Below are positions 38,860-48,270 of a stretch of 53,466 nt of DNA, piece after piece. The stretch is from Lentisphaeria bacterium (GTDB lineage: Bacteria; Verrucomicrobiota; Lentisphaeria; Victivallales; JAADHT01): contig WFSE01000009.1 in the NCBI GenBank assembly GCA_015486135.1, positions 1 to 53,466 of the forward strand, read 5' to 3'. The notes beneath the pieces were generated by a model. The model did no database searches. It was not told the origin of the DNA and saw only the letters and a program-made list of their open reading frames with translations. The position numbers and the translations under genes are program-made. Every line of letters starts with the position of its first letter. Position 1 is the first letter of the stretch.

Positions 38860-40770
38860 TCATTTCACGACCGATCCGCATGTCGGCATCGCCGCGCCGA
38901 AATACGGATTCGCCACTTTATCGCTGTCGTCCAACCAATAGGCGCCCTTGTTATTGAACGCCATTGGACAGAAGAACTTCCTGATTTTTATCCCGTCCGT
39001 TCCGAAGCGGTTCCAAAGCTTTTCCACCAGGATTGAGACTTTTTCGAAGGCGGCTCTCGCCTCTTCGATATCCTTCGCGGCGGCCGCCTTGGCGGAAGCG
39101 TTGTCCAGCGACGCTTTCAACGATTCCCATTCGTCCCGTGAGTCGTCGTCTAGCAAGCCGCCGGGAATATGCTCCAGCATTTTCCGCAGCATCTTAACGG
39201 CGCTTACGGATTTCGGGAAGTCATCTCCCGCCAATGCGTCGTGCAATTTGAAATAGTTCGAGTAAATCATCGTGAGCGCCTTCACGAATTTCTTAGGCGG
39301 TGGCGGCGGGGTTGGCTTCGAGTGCCCGCCGACTACATCGTCCGGCAGGCTCATCATGCTGGATTTCGCCGTGATCTGGAGTGCGCTGTCTATTTTGAAA
39401 TTGCCGTTGACTACTACCAACTCGCCCGCTTTCAACCCGGATTTGACGATATACTTGTCCCCGCAACGCGGACCGAGGACAATCTCCCGCCCCTCGTAAG
39501 CGCCCGGGGCGGTCTTGACATACACAACCGCTCTCGTTCCGGTTAGGAGCGGCGCTGTCGCCGGCACGACCAGGGGGGATTGCTCGTTGACCGCTTTCTG
39601 GACGTAGGGGAGAGTGCTACCCTTCACCAACGGCATTCCGCATATGTCGCAATTCCCGGGGGCATCCTTTATTATTCCGGGATGCATGGGGCATATCCAC
39701 TTTTTGAGCAGGGACGCGTCCGCTATGGGTGTTCCATTCGCGGACATCGCGGATTTCACGACGGCCCTCACGAACATACCGGGTTTGAGTTTGCCGTTGG
39801 GATTGGGAGCGTCCACCCGCACTTTTACCACCCGCGTTTTCGTGTCCATCACGGGGCTGATGAATGTTATCATTCCATGGAAAGTTTTGCCCGGCCAGGA
39901 CTCCGTGGTGAACCCGACTTTCTGCCCGTAGCGCAATTTGGCGAGCTCGGATTCGTACGCCTCGAGCATTATCCAGACGCGGGAGAGGTCGGCTATGGTG
40001 AAAAGCCTGTCGCCAGTGGCGAAATATTTCCCCTCCAAAGCGTATTTTTCAATCACTATGCCGCTTATGGGGGCGTATAGCGTGACGTGTTGCGAGACCT
40101 TTCCGGTCTTGATAATCGTGTCGATGTTTTTTCCGGTCAATCCCCAGTATTTGAGTTTGGTCCTAACCGATGTCAGGATGCTTTCCGGCGAGAGGCTGTA
40201 TTTCGTTCGCTTCACGCCACCCGCGTTGATGGCTTTCATAGCCATGAGGAGCTCGCGTTGAGCCACCAAAAGATCCGGGCTGTAGTATTCGGCCATGTGG
40301 TCGCCTTTCCTGACGGGGATTCCGGTGTAGTCGATGAACAGGCGGTCTATGCGTCCGGGCATCCTGGCGGTTATGTATTCCACCCGCCGCTCGTCCATTT
40401 CCACTTTGCCGGTCATTCTTATCGTGGCGACCACCCGTTCGCGCCTGACCGGTGCCACACGCACGTCCGCCAGTTTTTCCGCCTCGGGAGTCATTTTAAG
40501 GACTGGCGCCGCCGTAGTCGCCGCCGCCGCCCCGTCACTCTTCAAGGGGATCAGGTTCATTCCGCAGATGGGGCATTTGCCTGGCTTGTCCATCTTGATT
40601 TGCGGGTGCATGGAACATGTCCACAGCGTCTTCGGGGTTTCGGCGGACGGGGTGGATTTATCCTCGGCGGCGGCACCGGATGTTCTGCCTGTCAACAGGC
40701 CGACGGCAAAGCCCGTGGCTAGCAGTATTATGGCCGCGGCTATGATCAGCGGAAGCTTTTTCTTTTTCAC
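38860..40770 (-). CDS. cusB: CusB-like RND periplasmic adaptor with two heavy-metal-binding domains and a C-terminal DUF3347-like domain
   Basis: WTCSMHPQI..PGKCPICGM, WICPMHP..CDICGM, LKPGMF and FCPMAF..GAYW..NPYFG motifs. Confidence 0.9.
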   Translation of the reverse strand: MKKKKLPLIIAAAIILLATGFAVGLLTGRTSGAAAEDKSTPSAETPKTLWTCSMHPQIKMDKPGKCPICGMNLIPLKSDGAAAATTAAPVLKMTPEAEKLADVRVAPVRRERVVATIRMTGKVEMDERRVEYITARMPGRIDRLFIDYTGIPVRKGDHMAEYYSPDLLVAQRELLMAMKAINAGGVKRTKYSLSPESILTSVRTKLKYWGLTGKNIDTIIKTGKVSQHVTLYAPISGIVIEKYALEGKYFATGDRLFTIADLSRVWIMLEAYESELAKLRYGQKVGFTTESWPGKTFHGMITFISPVMDTKTRVVKVRVDAPNPNGKLKPGMFVRAVVKSAMSANGTPIADASLLKKWICPMHPGIIKDAPGNCDICGMPLVKGSTLPYVQKAVNEQSPLVVPATAPLLTGTRAVVYVKTAPGAYEGREIVLGPRCGDKYIVKSGLKAGELVVVNGNFKIDSALQITAKSSMMSLPDDVVGGHSKPTPPPPPKKFVKALTMIYSNYFKLHDALAGDDFPKSVSAVKMLRKMLEHIPGGLLDDDSRDEWESLKASLDNASAKAAAAKDIEEARAAFEKVSILVEKLWNRFGTDGIKIRKFFCPMAFNNKGAYWLDDSDKVANPYFGAAMPTCGSVVK

Positions 40771-40965
40771 GTTATTCTCCTGGTTCTAGCCCGGAAGCGA
40801 TTGCAGCCCCCGCCTATCCAAACTTACCCTACTTCATTTGTAGGGATTGTGCAAGCTGTTTGGGGGGATTGCCCGATTTAGCAAGTTTCATGTCCACTCC
40901 GCGGAGTTTCGATTCCGGGTGCGTGTCCGTCTTCCAGCGCTCCTCCGTCTCCCTAGGCCGCCTTT

Positions 40966-42522
40966 TCATTCCTCCCGCAGTTGTTTCAGTCTTTGCTTCA
41001 GGCGTTTAACCTTTGCGAAATCCTTTTTTTCCGAGTAGTAACGTATTTGCCTGTCGAGCAGTTTAGCATAGGCGTTTTTTATGTCGGGGGAATTTTTTAG
41101 GTCAGCGGGTATGGTGTCGAGCAAAAGCAATGCCAGATTAGCGTTTTCATCGGCGCGTCTTTCCGCCTCGGAGCAGAGTTCATCTTCTTTACACGTTGCG
41201 GGACTCCGATGGGCTGTTGACGTTGCGTGTTTTTTGGTCCGCTCAAGTAGGGCGGCCGCACTGTCGATATCGGACATGCTGCGCTGAATGCTTTTTTGAG
41301 CCGTATCGTACAACGGCCCGTATCTCATTTTCATAAACTCGTCATGCAAACCCAAGGCCGCGCCTATCGTGATAAGCAGGGTAATTACCGCCACGCTCGC
41401 TAGTTTATGTCTCAAGCAGAATTTTCTGAATCGCCCTAGCAGCGTGTGCTTCAGAGCGGAAACGGGGAAGTCGTCAAAGTAGTTGTAGATATCTTTAAGC
41501 AACTCGTTGACGCTTTGATATCTGTCCTCCGGCTTGTGGCTCATGGCTTTCTCGCATATCGCCTCGAGTTCCGCCGGGATGTGCCTTTTAGGTGATACCT
41601 GGCGGGGAGGGAGGAACTTTCCTTCCAGTATCTTGTTCATAATTTCCGGTACGTCTTCCCCTTCAAATGGAAGTTTCAGGGTAAGCATCTGATAGAGTAT
41701 GATGCCCAAGGTGTATATATCACTCCTGTGGTCTATTTTGCTGTTTTCCCCCAACGCTTGCTCCGGCGACATATAGCAGGGTGTTCCGCTTATATGTCCG
41801 TCTTTTGTGAGGTTTTTATCAAGTTTGTCGTCTATGTCGATATTCAATTCGGAGGCGCTGTCCCGCCTTGCTGGTCCTTCTTCGCTGGAATGGCTCCCTG
41901 GATTTTCCAGGTTTCTAACCAGTCCCCAGTCAATAATTATAACTTCTCCGAAATCACCTATGAAAATATTGTCCGGTTTCAGGTCTCTATGGATAATGCC
42001 TTTGCTATGGGCGTATGCGACACCGTTTCCAACGTCCGTGAAAAGGTGCATCAGTTGACTGAGAGAGTATTTTTTCTCGTATTCGGGGTTGCCGGCTCGC
42101 AGGCGCTGTATAATCGTACTCAGCGGTTCTCCGCCTATTTTCCTCATTGTAAAGTAAACGCCTAGTTCCGGGTGGACTCCCAGTTCGTGTACCGGCACAA
42201 CGTTCGGGTGGTCTATTTGCGCTGTGGCTCTGGCTTCACGTATGAAACGTCTGACAGCGTTTTTGTCGCTTCTTTTTCCGGGGCGGAGCACCTTTATTGC
42301 GATTTCACGGCCGAGGTTGCTGTCAAAGCCTTTCAAAATAAGCCCCACGCCACCTTCGGCCAGAATCGAGACATCTCCAAATGGATTGGTGTCCGAGCTT
42401 GGCTTTAAGGAAAAATCGCGGCGCAGGGAATCAGCATCGACAGCAGACTCTTCATTGTCAGGAGTAAACAAAACCGTTTTGTCGACGGCAGTGGGATCCG
42501 AGTTTTTGTTGTGATTTGTCAT
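40966..42522 (-). CDS. Hanks-type Ser/Thr protein kinase with TM helix
   Basis: LAEGGVG, AIKVL, HRDLKPDN, DWG and GTPCYMSPEQ motifs. Confidence 0.95.
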   Translation of the reverse strand: MTNHNKNSDPTAVDKTVLFTPDNEESAVDADSLRRDFSLKPSSDTNPFGDVSILAEGGVGLILKGFDSNLGREIAIKVLRPGKRSDKNAVRRFIREARATAQIDHPNVVPVHELGVHPELGVYFTMRKIGGEPLSTIIQRLRAGNPEYEKKYSLSQLMHLFTDVGNGVAYAHSKGIIHRDLKPDNIFIGDFGEVIIIDWGLVRNLENPGSHSSEEGPARRDSASELNIDIDDKLDKNLTKDGHISGTPCYMSPEQALGENSKIDHRSDIYTLGIILYQMLTLKLPFEGEDVPEIMNKILEGKFLPPRQVSPKRHIPAELEAICEKAMSHKPEDRYQSVNELLKDIYNYFDDFPVSALKHTLLGRFRKFCLRHKLASVAVITLLITIGAALGLHDEFMKMRYGPLYDTAQKSIQRSMSDIDSAAALLERTKKHATSTAHRSPATCKEDELCSEAERRADENANLALLLLDTIPADLKNSPDIKNAYAKLLDRQIRYYSEKKDFAKVKRLKQRLKQLREE

Positions 42523-42549
42523 TTATGCCGATTTTTTTTGTAATCCCTC

Positions 42550-42763
42550 AATGTAGGGGGCCGTTGAGCAATTGACAAACCCTTTACGGAGGTTGAATAG
42601 AAAAGGGGTAGGGGCGAACCTGTGTGTTCGCCCGTGTGCGGGGGAGGGTATGGCGAAGCCACGGAATGGGGGGGATTACAGAACCACGAATGAACACGAA
42701 TAGACACGAATGGGGATTCGGAAATTAGTGTTGATTAGTGTCCATTCGTGGTTCGAAAATCTT
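42550..42763 (+). repeat. Composite direct repeat, copy 2, containing a GTAG-type REP and a CACGAA-periodic palindrome
   Basis: GTAGGGGCGAACCTGTGTGTTCGCCC at 42608-42633; GAACCACGAATGAACACGAATAGACACGAAT...ATTAGTGTTGATTAGTGTCCATTCGTGGTTC at 42681-42754. Confidence 0.85.
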
Positions 42764-42807
42764 ATTTTGGTGGGGTAATGGGATTACCCCGCGGAAGTCG
42801 CGCTGTC

Positions 42808-42836
42808 TTGCAATGAATCCGGGGTCGGCGTATAGT
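42808..42836 (+). promoter_or_regulatory. Sigma70-like promoter of gspF-like copy 1
   Basis: TTGCAA-N17-TATAGT; conserved in the duplicated copy. Confidence 0.65.
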
Positions 42837-42887
42837 TTGTCTTGGTTCTTTACGCTATGCGCACCAAATATATTTAGGGGCATTTCC

Positions 42888-43937
42888 ATGAAGGCGAACA
42901 GTGCGGATATCGCGGATTTCTACAGGCAGATGTCGTTGTTGCTGAAATCGAATCTTCCGTTGCCGGAGTCGATGAGGCAGTTGGGGCTGAACTTGGACAA
43001 GGCTGATTTGCGCTCCGTACTGCTGGAGATGTCGAAGATGGTTTCCAAGGGGGAAGGGGTGGCGGATGCTATGAGTCGCTATCCTAAATACTTTCCCAAG
43101 TTCCATATCCGGATGGTCGATGCGGCTGAGATGAGCGACATGCTTCCGGAGGTTTTGCAAGAGATCGCCGACATCGCCTACTTGGATTCGCGGTTGGCGC
43201 GCATGGTTCGGGAGATATCGGTATACCCGTTGTTCGGGATAAACTTGGCGTTTCTTATTTGGTTCGGGCTATTCGTGTGGGTGATTCCCGAATTCAAGCC
43301 AGTATTTAAAAATCTGCTTTGGGGCGAGCCGTTGCCTAGGCTGACGGACTGGACGATGATGTTGAGCGATTTTCTCGTCGCCCACCGGACCGGGGTGTTC
43401 GCATGTTGGGTGTTGTTGGTTGTGTTTCTGTTGTGGCTTTTCTCCGGGGGGGTGTTGGCGAGGCGTATGTTCATAAGGGTAATTTCCACGTTTCCAGGGG
43501 CGGGATTGATTTACTCCAACCTCAACATGGCGAGATTTTGCGGGATTTGGTCGTTGCTCGCCCGCCGGAAGGTGGACGTGGTGGAGTCGATGGAGACAAT
43601 CGCCCCCCTGATGGACGACTGGCGGGTGGCGGCGGCGCTATCCAGGGTGGGGGATGCTGTTCGGAGGGGCGAGCCCTTGGTGGCGGCGCTTAGGGAGGAG
43701 AAGAGGATATCGGGTATGCTTCCCCTGACGGTGAGGCATGTGCCGGAGAAGGATTTGCCGGACGAGTTGGCGAATCTCTCGCTTTTGTTCCGGGAACGGG
43801 CGGCGTCCGCGACGCGGAAAGCGGGCGTAATTTGGGCCGTGGTCTTTTTCGTGTTCCTAGTGTTATCGGTTGGGATAACTATTCTTAGCTTGTTCATGCC
43901 GTTTATTAGTTTTTTTAAAATGTTGGGAGGGTGGTGA
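42888..43937 (+). CDS. Type II secretion system F / PilC family platform protein, copy 1
   Basis: FYRQMSLLLKSNLPL, YP...VIPEF...LP.LT and LSLFMP motifs; two T2SSF repeats. Confidence 0.9.
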   Translation: MKANSADIADFYRQMSLLLKSNLPLPESMRQLGLNLDKADLRSVLLEMSKMVSKGEGVADAMSRYPKYFPKFHIRMVDAAEMSDMLPEVLQEIADIAYLDSRLARMVREISVYPLFGINLAFLIWFGLFVWVIPEFKPVFKNLLWGEPLPRLTDWTMMLSDFLVAHRTGVFACWVLLVVFLLWLFSGGVLARRMFIRVISTFPGAGLIYSNLNMARFCGIWSLLARRKVDVVESMETIAPLMDDWRVAAALSRVGDAVRRGEPLVAALREEKRISGMLPLTVRHVPEKDLPDELANLSLLFRERAASATRKAGVIWAVVFFVFLVLSVGITILSLFMPFISFFKMLGGW

Positions 43938-44036
43938 TAGTGAGGGTTGGCTTGACGCTATACAGCAAGCTGGAGAGGATGCCTTAGGCGGTGTCGACCG
44001 GTCGAGTTGGCACTGTGTCAGCGGAGCCGCGTTATA

Positions 44037-44065
44037 TTGCAATCGGGGCTGGTTTGGCGTATATT
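44037..44065 (+). promoter_or_regulatory. Sigma70-like promoter of gspF-like copy 2
   Basis: TTGCAA-N17-TATATT. Confidence 0.65.
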
Positions 44066-44116
44066 CAATCTTGGTTCTTTACGCCATGCGCGCCAAGCGC
44101 GCTCAGGGGAATTTCC

Positions 44117-45166
44117 ATGAAGGCGAACAGCGCGGATATCGCGGATTTTTACAGGCAGATGTCGCTATTGCTGAAATCGAATCTTCCGTTGCCGGAGTCG
44201 ATGAGGCAGTTGGGGCTGAACTTGGACAAGGCTGATTTGCGTTCCACGCTCCTCGATATGTCGGAGGGGGTCTCCAAAGGGGAAGGGTTGGCGGATGTTA
44301 TGAGGCGCTATCCGGAATACTTTCCCAAGTTCCATGTCCGGATGATCGAGGCGGCTGAGAGGAGCGACATGCTTCCTGCGACTCTCCACGAGATCGCCGA
44401 GATCGCCTATTTGGACTTGCAGTTGGCGCGCATGGTGAGGGAGATATCCATATATCCGTTGTTCGGGATGGGCTTGGCGTTTCTTCTCTGGTTCGGCCTG
44501 TTTGTGGGGGTGGTTCCACAGTTCGGTCGGATTTTCGATGAGATGTTGGAGGGCGAGCCGTTGCCTTGGCTGACGGATAAAATAATGTCGTTGAGCGATT
44601 TTCTTGTCGCCCACCAAGCCGGAGTATTGGCGTGCTGGGCGTTGTTGGTGCTGTTTCTGGTGTGGCTTTTCTCCGGGGGGGTGCTGGCGAGGCGTATGTT
44701 CATAAGGATAATCTCCAAGTTGCCCGGGGCGGGGTCGATTTACTCCAACCTCAACATGGCGAGATTTTGCGGGATTTGGTCGTTGCTCGCCCGCCGGAAG
44801 GTGGGCGCGGTGGAGTCGATGGAGGCAATAACCCCCTTGATGGACGACTGGCGGGTCGCTGCGGCGCTATCCAGGGTGGGAGATGCCGTTCGGAAGGGCG
44901 AGCCGCTAGTGGCGGCGCTTAGGGAGGAGAAGAGGATATCGGGCATGGTGGCGCTGACGGTGAGACATGTTCCGGAGAAAGATTTACCGGACGAGTTGGC
45001 GAATCTCGCGCTTTTGTTCCGGGAACGCGCGGCATCCTCGACGCATAAGGCGGGCATAATTTGGGCGGTGGTCTTTTTCTCCCTCCTCATCGTTTCGGTA
45101 GGCATTACCGTTCTCAGCTTGTTTTTGCCGCTGATAAGCATCATAAAAAAGCTTGGGGGGGGATAA
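44117..45166 (+). CDS. Type II secretion system F / PilC family platform protein, copy 2
   Basis: Close paralogue of 42888-43937. Confidence 0.9.
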   Translation: MKANSADIADFYRQMSLLLKSNLPLPESMRQLGLNLDKADLRSTLLDMSEGVSKGEGLADVMRRYPEYFPKFHVRMIEAAERSDMLPATLHEIAEIAYLDLQLARMVREISIYPLFGMGLAFLLWFGLFVGVVPQFGRIFDEMLEGEPLPWLTDKIMSLSDFLVAHQAGVLACWALLVLFLVWLFSGGVLARRMFIRIISKLPGAGSIYSNLNMARFCGIWSLLARRKVGAVESMEAITPLMDDWRVAAALSRVGDAVRKGEPLVAALREEKRISGMVALTVRHVPEKDLPDELANLALLFRERAASSTHKAGIIWAVVFFSLLIVSVGITVLSLFLPLISIIKKLGGG

Positions 45167-45168
45167 TC

Positions 45169-46329
45169 ATGCGGGTTGGACCGATGCCATACAACAAGAT
45201 GGATGGGGCACCATCGGCGGTGTCACCCGGCCGAGTTGAAAACGTGTTCGCGTTGAAAGCGCGGTCGTTGCTTGGAGTCCTCGCTTGGGGGATGCGATGC
45301 GGGATTCCGCTCGACGAGGCGGTGCTGACACTGAAAACCGGGAAATACAAAGAGCCTAGGTTTGACAAGGTGCTCATACCCAAACCCTATTTTTGGAACC
45401 GGGATATCACGCGTATGGCGGCCGACCTCAAAGCCGGGTTCCCTCTCTCGGAAGCAGTCAGGCATATGAGGAGATATTTGCCGCCGCATGTCCCGCAGGC
45501 TATGAAAGTGGCGGAGAGTCGCGGTGTTCTGGACAAAATGATTCCGTTCATGGCGGAGCAGATGCCGTATATGGCGGGGGTGCTTAAGCAACGTTTGTCG
45601 GCGTTTATTTATCCCTTATTTCTATTGTTGGAATGTCTTGGTTTTGGCGCCTGGATGGTGTCGATGGTCTTGCCGCGGTTTATTCGAATATACAACGAGA
45701 TGCTTGATGGCGAGCCTATGCCGGGAGTCGGTGCGGCGTGTTTCCAGGCTATGGATTTCTTCCCTCTCCTAGCGATGGGGGTTTGGTTTATAATAACCTC
45801 CGCAATCCTTTTCGGGGTTTTATATCGGTTGGAACCGGTTACCAGGATGGTGGTCGATTTTTTCCTTTTGCGCATTCCCTTCATTGGGAGGGATATGAGG
45901 CGGTTGGCGCTTTTGGAGTTCGCCGGGGGCATGGCGTGTTACGTCGGGGCCGGGATGGATGTGGCTGAGGCGGCCGATATGACCGCCGAGACCCTCCGGT
46001 CGGCTTGGCTAAGGAAACGTGTGCGGCGGTTCGCGGAGATGGTTCGGAATGGCGCCGAATGGACGGACGCTTGGGAGGAGTTGCGTTTGGGATACCCGTT
46101 TTACGATTGGTTGCTGCGCAACTCGGCGGCCAGGGAGGATGTGGCGGGAGGCTTTTCCCAGTTGGTCAAGGTGTTGAAAAACGACATTTCCAATTTCACG
46201 ATAAGTTTCGTAAGGTGGGGGGAGATTGGCGGCACGTTACTCAACGGCGCGTTAGTGGCTTTAATCGTTATTGGAATTGGGACCACTCTTTATAACATTG
46301 TCGAGGTTCTAGCGGCGAACTCGCCGTAG
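45169..46329 (+). CDS. Type II secretion system F / PilC family protein, divergent copy 3
   Basis: GIPLDEA, GFPLSEA, AFIYP...VLPRF..IY and LLRIPFIG motifs. Confidence 0.82.
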   Translation: MRVGPMPYNKMDGAPSAVSPGRVENVFALKARSLLGVLAWGMRCGIPLDEAVLTLKTGKYKEPRFDKVLIPKPYFWNRDITRMAADLKAGFPLSEAVRHMRRYLPPHVPQAMKVAESRGVLDKMIPFMAEQMPYMAGVLKQRLSAFIYPLFLLLECLGFGAWMVSMVLPRFIRIYNEMLDGEPMPGVGAACFQAMDFFPLLAMGVWFIITSAILFGVLYRLEPVTRMVVDFFLLRIPFIGRDMRRLALLEFAGGMACYVGAGMDVAEAADMTAETLRSAWLRKRVRRFAEMVRNGAEWTDAWEELRLGYPFYDWLLRNSAAREDVAGGFSQLVKVLKNDISNFTISFVRWGEIGGTLLNGALVALIVIGIGTTLYNIVEVLAANSP

Positions 46330-46346
46330 GGGTACTGAGAGGAATC

Positions 46347-47429
46347 ATGGACAAGGAACCGCACGAATTTGTCGAGGAGATTGTTCGGAAGGCGTTGGAC
46401 GAGAACGCCAGCGACATTTTCTTCCTCCCGGGAAGCGACTCCTACATAGTGAGGATGCGGGCGGCCGGAACGCCGAGGCGCGTGGCCGAGGTTCCATTGG
46501 ATTTCGGAAGCATGTGCGTCTCCCATATAAAGTCGCTTGCGAGTCTCCTCACCTACCGGACGAAGATAGCGCAGGACGGCGCGATACGCGGCGGAATTGG
46601 CGGCGGAATTGGCGGCGGAATTGGCGGGGAGGACGCCGCGAAGTTCGGCGATGCGGAGCTGAGGGTGTCGACATTTCCGACGACCCTGGGGGAACGGGTC
46701 GCCATCCGCGTGGTCCGCGAAGCCGACGCCGAATGGGTGTTGGACGACTTGGGTTTCCAGCCGGAGGCTAGGGAGAGGGTGGGGGCGATTTTGGCGAAAC
46801 CTTCCGGGCTATTGGTCCTCACCGGACCGACAGGATGCGGCAAGACCACCACGATATACGCCATGGTGCGGGATTTGCTGAAAAGCTCCCACGATCCAGC
46901 GGCCGTTATCACTATCGAGGATCCAGTGGAAAGAAATATCAAAGGCGTCTCTCAGACTTCCGTTTCCAAGGGAGGCGACGAATGGAACTACGCTATGGCG
47001 CTCAGGGCGGCGCTGAGGCAGGATGTCAAGACGCTGGTTATCGGCGAAATGCGCGACAAGGAGGTCGTCAAGGTCGCCTTGGACGCGGCGCTTACCGGCC
47101 ATCGGGTGATAACGACCTTCCACGCCGGCGATATTCCTTCCGTCTACGCTCGGATCCTCCACCAGGGATTCGAGCCTTTTCTCGTGGCGGCGGCGGTATC
47201 AGGAGTCGTGACGCAGAGGCTTGTCCAATCCGCCGACGGCGCGCGGCGGATACCGGTTGTCGCGGCGCTCGATGCGGACGATGAATGGAAGGACTTCATA
47301 GCGTCCGGACCGACGTTGCGCGATATCCGCGTGGCGGTCAAAGGGCGTTCGGGCGCGGATTTGGCGACGGAGGCGGAGTCAATGGAGAAGGCGGGTGTCG
47401 TGGCACCCGGCTGGCGGTTGAGGTTGTGA
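46347..47429 (+). CDS. GspE/PilB-family secretion ATPase, short form
   Basis: ASDIF, AQDG, Walker A GPTGCGKTTT, TIEDPVE, LRQD..LVIGEMRD and His box TGH..TTFH. Confidence 0.93.
   Translation: MDKEPHEFVEEIVRKALDENASDIFFLPGSDSYIVRMRAAGTPRRVAEVPLDFGSMCVSHIKSLASLLTYRTKIAQDGAIRGGIGGGIGGGIGGEDAAKFGDAELRVSTFPTTLGERVAIRVVREADAEWVLDDLGFQPEARERVGAILAKPSGLLVLTGPTGCGKTTTIYAMVRDLLKSSHDPAAVITIEDPVERNIKGVSQTSVSKGGDEWNYAMALRAALRQDVKTLVIGEMRDKEVVKVALDAALTGHRVITTFHAGDIPSVYARILHQGFEPFLVAAAVSGVVTQRLVQSADGARRIPVVAALDADDEWKDFIASGPTLRDIRVAVKGRSGADLATEAESMEKAGVVAPGWRLRL
46590..46625 (+). repeat. In-frame 12-bp tandem repeat x3
   Basis: (GGCGGAATTGGC)3 encoding (GGIG)3. Confidence 0.9.
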
Positions 47430-47431
47430 GG

Positions 47432-47797
47432 ATGGGAAAGCATTTGAAATTCAGATGGATGTTGATGGCGGAGGTGATTTGCGCGCTGATGTTTTTCGCT
47501 GTCACCTTGGCCGCCTTTACCAGCCTTTTGGAATATGCGATGAAAGCGGAGGCCATGGCCGTGGCGGAGAACCGGGCGATTCTCGTGCTTGACAACACAT
47601 TGGAAAGAATCGCGGTTGCGGGGGACGATTTGTCCCGCGAGCGGGTGAACGCGATTTTTATGGACGAATACCACAAGAGCGGTCTGGACGGAACGGATAT
47701 AGTGAAGCCGAGTCGCGAATTCCGCGGCGGAAAGGCCATCCTTCTTTTCAAAAACCGCAGGAAACGCACCATTGCCGAGGTTAAGGTGGACCTATGA
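47432..47797 (+). CDS. Pilin/pseudopilin-like protein
   Basis: Basic leader, then W-MLMAEVICALMFFAVTL hydrophobic helix with Glu at +5. Confidence 0.65.
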   Translation: MGKHLKFRWMLMAEVICALMFFAVTLAAFTSLLEYAMKAEAMAVAENRAILVLDNTLERIAVAGDDLSRERVNAIFMDEYHKSGLDGTDIVKPSREFRGGKAILLFKNRRKRTIAEVKVDL

Positions 47798-48270
47798 ACA
47801 GACCTAAAATACGAGTGTTTACGCTGATGGAGGTGCTCTACGTTATTGGCGTTCTCGTCTTGCTATTCGCCACTACCGGTTATTTTCTGTTCAAGGGGGC
47901 GCGGGTGTGCCGTCAATGCGCCACCAAGGCGTTCGCCTCGCAGCAATTGCTTGTGCTCAAGGGCCAGTGGAGGAAATTTGTCCGCGCTTCCGATGGATTG
48001 TTTTTCAAGGTTGTGGACGGCGGATCGGGATTTTCAACGAACGCCGGGAAAGTGGTGTTTTCGGATGGAAGCGTGGTGTTTACCTTCCCTACCGGCGAGA
48101 AAAGTTCATACAAGCTGGCGAAGGGGATGTCCGTCGAATTCGCGGTGGAGTGCAATGACACTGGCTCCGTGGCGATTATGAACATCTCTATGCCTGGGAG
48201 GGGACCTATGTTCGAGCGCCGCGCTAGAATCGTGGCGGCGCCGGGAGCTATGGAGGGTGTCGCGAGATGA
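47794..48270 (+). CDS. Prepilin-type N-terminal domain protein
   Basis: MNRPKIRV-FTLMEVLYVIGVLVLL. Confidence 0.8.
   Translation: MNRPKIRVFTLMEVLYVIGVLVLLFATTGYFLFKGARVCRQCATKAFASQQLLVLKGQWRKFVRASDGLFFKVVDGGSGFSTNAGKVVFSDGSVVFTFPTGEKSSYKLAKGMSVEFAVECNDTGSVAIMNISMPGRGPMFERRARIVAAPGAMEGVAR

Noticed and set aside
42519-42707. Short ORFs over repeats (11307-11489, 42519-42707, 48504-48710, and the 42738 and 34408 N-terminal extensions)
   Set aside because: They translate repeat DNA; internal ATGs with better RBS/promoter context were used instead.
46590-46625. GCGGAATTGGC in the ATPase minisatellite matches part of the MITE outer stem
   Set aside because: Only 11 nt, in frame and with no flanking similarity; likely coincidence.
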